Origin: Candidatus Eiseniibacteriota bacterium
GTDB lineage: Bacteria; Eisenbacteria; RBG-16-71-46; CAIMUX01; VGJL01
Direction of reading: 5' to 3'
NCBI GenBank assembly: GCA_963792585.1
Contig: CAWBWI010000001.1
Span: forward strand, 1,856,001 to 1,920,000
Length of the DNA stretch: 64,000 nucleotides
Part shown: positions 60,680 to 64,000 of the stretch, in pieces
Numbering within the stretch: position 1 is the first letter of the stretch
Layout: every line of letters begins with the position of its first letter
Notes under the pieces: model-generated
Told to the model about the DNA's origin: nothing
Database searches by the model: none
Seen by the model: the letters and a program-made list of their open reading frames with translations, nothing else
Position numbers and translations under genes: made by a program

Positions 60680-61200
60680 GATAGGACCTCCTTAGCAGAC
60701 GAGAATCGGCGCGGTGATCAGTGTGGCGGCTCGATCATAGCACGGAAGGGATGACAGGGATTGACGTCCCCTAATGCTTGCCAGAAGCAGATACCCGCAA
60801 AAGAGTGCCACGCATGGCAACCCGCGATCTGGTATCATCGCTCCGGTCGCTCGCCGCTCGAAAGTGATGACCAAGTGCTGAGGAGGTCGCATGAACGGGT
60901 TGGAGCTCGCGGAGCTCAACCAAGAAGGTCCCCTTCTGAAGCCGTTTTGCCTCAATCCGTGCCAGAATCCCCCCACAGGGGCTCGGGACGCCCTCGCAGC
61001 GACGCGGACCCGCCAGATCTCTTCAATAGCCGTAGCCACGATCCCCACCGACCATCCCGCCCGCCTCAGAGATTTCACCGAGAAGGTAAGGACCCTCAAC
61101 ATTCCAGTCCTGCGCGATCTAGTCAGTGGTCGGGAGTTCGGCGACGTGAACCTTGTAGTCCCAAGAGAATGCGAGAATGGCTCTCGTGAAGGAGGATTGA

Positions 61201-62016
61201 ATGACCATCGCGGTACCCGCAAAGGTGACCGAGCGCATCAAGGTTGGTCTGAAGAAGTTACGTCCCGTTCTCGTTGCGGCGAGGGAACGGGATGTCAACG
61301 AATCTGATACTGCCCTCATCGTGGCGACGATTCTCGCTGACCTACTCGGATACGACCGCTTCCTCGAGATCACGAGCGAGTTCTGCATCCGCGGAACGTA
61401 CTGCGACCTTGCCGTGAAGCTGGACGGAAAACCGAAGATCCTAATCGAGGTCAAGGCGATCGGGTTGGACCTGAAGGACACGCACGTGCGTCAGGCCGTA
61501 GACTACGGCGCCAATCAGGGTATCGAGTGGGTCGTTCTGACCAACGGAATCATCTGGCGCGCTTACAGCGTAGTCTTCAAGAAGCCGATTGATCACGAAC
61601 TCGTCTTCGAGGTCAACATCATCGAGGACGACATACGGGCCTCAGCGCTCCTGGAACGGCTCTACACTCTGTCTCGCGAAGGTCTTCAGAAGCAAGCGCT
61701 CGTCGGGTATCAAGAAGAGAGACAGGCCACAAGCCGTTTCATGGTCGCCGCGATCTTGCAGTCGGAACCCGTCACCGACACTATCCGGCGCGAGATTCGA
61801 AGAGTTAGTGGCGGAGTACGGATCGAAGCCGATGAGCTTTGCGAGATCCTCCGGAACGAGGTCATCAAGAGAGATGCTCTCGAAGGCGCACAGGCAACGG
61901 CAGCCGGGGACCGTGTCCGGCGACGGGCCTCGCGAGCACTTCGGGCGACCACGACAGATGGGGCAACTCAAGTCGCGGAGCTCAACACGAAGGTGGATGA
62001 GCCAAGTCGGCCATAG
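61201..62016 (+). CDS. Stand-alone HsdR N-terminal-like PD-(D/E)xK nuclease domain protein
   Basis: NESDT...LLGYD, YCDLAV...IEVK, QAVDY, WVVLTNGIIW. Confidence 0.85.
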   Translation: MTIAVPAKVTERIKVGLKKLRPVLVAARERDVNESDTALIVATILADLLGYDRFLEITSEFCIRGTYCDLAVKLDGKPKILIEVKAIGLDLKDTHVRQAVDYGANQGIEWVVLTNGIIWRAYSVVFKKPIDHELVFEVNIIEDDIRASALLERLYTLSREGLQKQALVGYQEERQATSRFMVAAILQSEPVTDTIRREIRRVSGGVRIEADELCEILRNEVIKRDALEGAQATAAGDRVRRRASRALRATTTDGATQVAELNTKVDEPSRP

Positions 62017-62069
62017 AACGTGACAGAGCGAGCCGAATCCGATGGCGGGCCGACTGAAGGAGGGCTGAG

Positions 62070-62825
62070 ATGACCACTGCCTCACCAGCGAGGCAAAGGA
62101 CGGGGCCCTATCAGATATTCATGCTGGGTCTTTGTGTCTACGCTCTGGCGATTCTCTCGGTCGAGACATTTGCCCCGCTTGATCAACGGACGAGGCAGAT
62201 CCTCGTCTACGCGGATATGGGCGTGTGCGGTTTATTCTTCTTGGATTTCATGATCAGTCTGGTGAAGGCCCGCGATCGGTTGCACTACCTATCTCGATGG
62301 GGATGGGTTGACCTTCTGTCGAGCATCCCCACTATTCCCATCCTGCGCTTGGGCCGTGCCGCACGTATCCTTCGAGTCCTTCGCCTCCTACGTGGTGTCC
62401 GTTCTATCAAGATACTCTCGACCTTCATCCTCGATCGTCGAGCCGAGAGCGGCTTCTTAGCGGCCGCCCTTCTGTCTATACTGCTTGTCGTTTTCGGTAG
62501 CATCGCCGTCCTGCAGTTCGAATCGACGCCAGAAGCAAACATAAAGACTGCACAGGATGCTCTATGGTGGGCATTTGTCACAATCACAACGGTTGGTTAC
62601 GGCGATCGATTCCCAGTTACATCGGAAGGACGCATCGTTGGAGCGCTGCTGATGACCGCCGGAGTTGGGCTTTTTGGAACCTTCGCCGGCTTTGTGGCGG
62701 CGTGGTTTCTTGAGCCTTCGAGGCGTCGGGAGCGGTCAGAGCTGCAGGATGTGAAGGAAGAGCTCGCTGCAGTTCGCAGGTTGCTTGAAGCGGGACGAAT
62801 CGCATCTTCTGCTCCGTCGGAGTAG
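62070..62825 (+). CDS. Voltage-gated-type potassium channel (ion transport protein)
   Basis: S4 LRLGRAARILRVLRLLR; pore ALWWAFVTITTVGYGD. Confidence 0.92.
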   Translation: MTTASPARQRTGPYQIFMLGLCVYALAILSVETFAPLDQRTRQILVYADMGVCGLFFLDFMISLVKARDRLHYLSRWGWVDLLSSIPTIPILRLGRAARILRVLRLLRGVRSIKILSTFILDRRAESGFLAAALLSILLVVFGSIAVLQFESTPEANIKTAQDALWWAFVTITTVGYGDRFPVTSEGRIVGALLMTAGVGLFGTFAGFVAAWFLEPSRRRERSELQDVKEELAAVRRLLEAGRIASSAPSE

Positions 62826-63309
62826 TGGCTCTGGCACTGGCCGCAGGGGACTAGCAACAGGATCCCAATCACCTCCGTGACCACGCGCATTGATAGTGTG
62901 GTCCTCACCTCTTGGTCGGGTGGCCGCGCTCCGGCTACCGGTTCAACTGGGGCCTTGAGGCCCCCCCCACGGCCGGTGTTCTCGCGTCTGCGATTTCGTT
63001 TTTCCGTCCGTGCCTGGCAGGTGGTGCTTTCCTGACGCGTATCGCAAGCACGTCCGCATTGCGTACAGAGACGACGACGCTGCGCGCATGCAATCACGTC
63101 GCCTTCCCATTGAACCACGACGTCCCTGGACGTTGGGGTGCCGAATCGGCGGTGAAACGGCAGTGATCCAGCAGTCGGCTGGCAGAAACTCGCGATTCCG
63201 GTGCCGATAACGGCAGGCAGACAATCGCGCACCTGCGACAACACGCGGCTTTGCGCAGTGTCGCACATTGACGACACCTTCGGATGCCAGCGTTCTCTCT
63301 GCCGTTCGG

Positions 63310-63449
63310 ATGCCGCAACGCCGCCGCTTTCAAGACTCCCCATGCCGCCAAGAATGCCGTTTCTCCACGGCTCATGCCGCCAAGATCACGTCTTCGCCAG
63401 GATCGATGCCGCCAAGACGGGCGTCGCGCAACAGAACGTGCCGCGACTC
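63310..63449 (+). repeat. 32-bp-period array of a 12-bp repeat ATGCCGCCAAGA with 20-bp variable spacers
   Basis: Repeat starts at 63310, 63342, 63374, 63406 and 63438; the middle three are identical and the outer two degenerate. Confidence 0.75.
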
Positions 63450-63526
63450 CAAGGCTGCCGTCATGGATCCCGTGAAACGACTTGATCCGTGCACCGAGAG
63501 CGCCACCCTTGTGTCGAGGAGGTGAT

Positions 63527-64000
63527 ATGTCGCATCTCAGCCCGCAGACCTTGTCCCAGACCGAGCAGCAAGCGCTCCTGGCATTGATCGCCGATCATCC
63601 CCGCGATTGCCTGCTCGTCTCGCTCGCGCTGGGCACCGGTCTTCGCCTGTGCGAACTCGTCGGTCTGAACGTCGGGGATCTCTACTTCCCCACGGGCCAG
63701 CCACGACTTCGGGTCCGCGTGCGAGCGGAGATCGCCAAGCGTGGCCGGACTGGGGATGTGTTTCTGCCCGATGCGCTCGCATCGAAGCTCGTGTCCTTCT
63801 GGCACTGCAAGCTCGAGCACCATGAGAGCATCGATCCGCATGCACCGCTGTTTTGCGGCCTCTCCCGACGTCGGATCTCCCCGCGCCGCGTCCAGGTGCT
63901 CTTCCGGGACTGGCAGGAGCGCGCCGGATTCGATCGACTCTACTGCTTCCACACGCTGCGCCACACGGCTGTCACGAACGTCTACCAGGCCTCTCGGGAC
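63527..64000 (+). CDS. Tyrosine recombinase lacking an N-terminal domain; runs off the window
   Basis: GAGGAGG RBS; MSHLSPQTLS...LALGTGLRLCELVGL...AKRG...FHTLRHTAVT; catalytic Arg at residue ~40. Confidence 0.9.
   Translation, partial: MSHLSPQTLSQTEQQALLALIADHPRDCLLVSLALGTGLRLCELVGLNVGDLYFPTGQPRLRVRVRAEIAKRGRTGDVFLPDALASKLVSFWHCKLEHHESIDPHAPLFCGLSRRRISPRRVQVLFRDWQERAGFDRLYCFHTLRHTAVTNVYQASRD

Noticed and set aside
63310..63449. Canonical CRISPR array
   Set aside because: The 12-bp repeat is too short and not palindromic, and no cas genes are in the window; kept as an unexplained array.
63527..64000. Integron integrase serving the attC sites
   Set aside because: It lacks the N-terminal domain and any visible IntI-specific insertion, and lies ~38 kb from the attC sites.

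Overview
GC-rich bacterial accessory region with no rRNA, tRNA or CRISPR-Cas that I could recognise. It is dominated by secreted or surface proteins: RCC1-, LVIVD-, BNR-, Fn3/Kelch-, pectin-lyase-like and Cys-rich repeat proteins. Most end in either a FlgD-Ig/T9SS-like 'PNP...' C-terminal domain or a short [TS]WG-x-[ILM]-[KR] tail, a style that suggests an Eisenbacteria/Krumholzibacteria-like FCB lineage (inference only). From about 13.9 to 43.9 kb the genes are separated by 10 pieces of one integrase-core (DDE) IS family, all in the same orientation: 2 full-length, 3 internally deleted with both ends, and 5 partial. Other mobile or repeat features are two 131-bp integron attC-like sites with no intI in the window, four copies of an unexplained ~300-bp non-coding element with imperfect terminal inverted repeats, an IS256 with an 8-bp target duplication, orphan C-terminal-domain remnants and a khpA pseudogene. 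At the right edge a tyrosine recombinase lacking an N-terminal domain is preceded by a 32-bp-period array of 12-bp repeats and 20-bp variable spacers.
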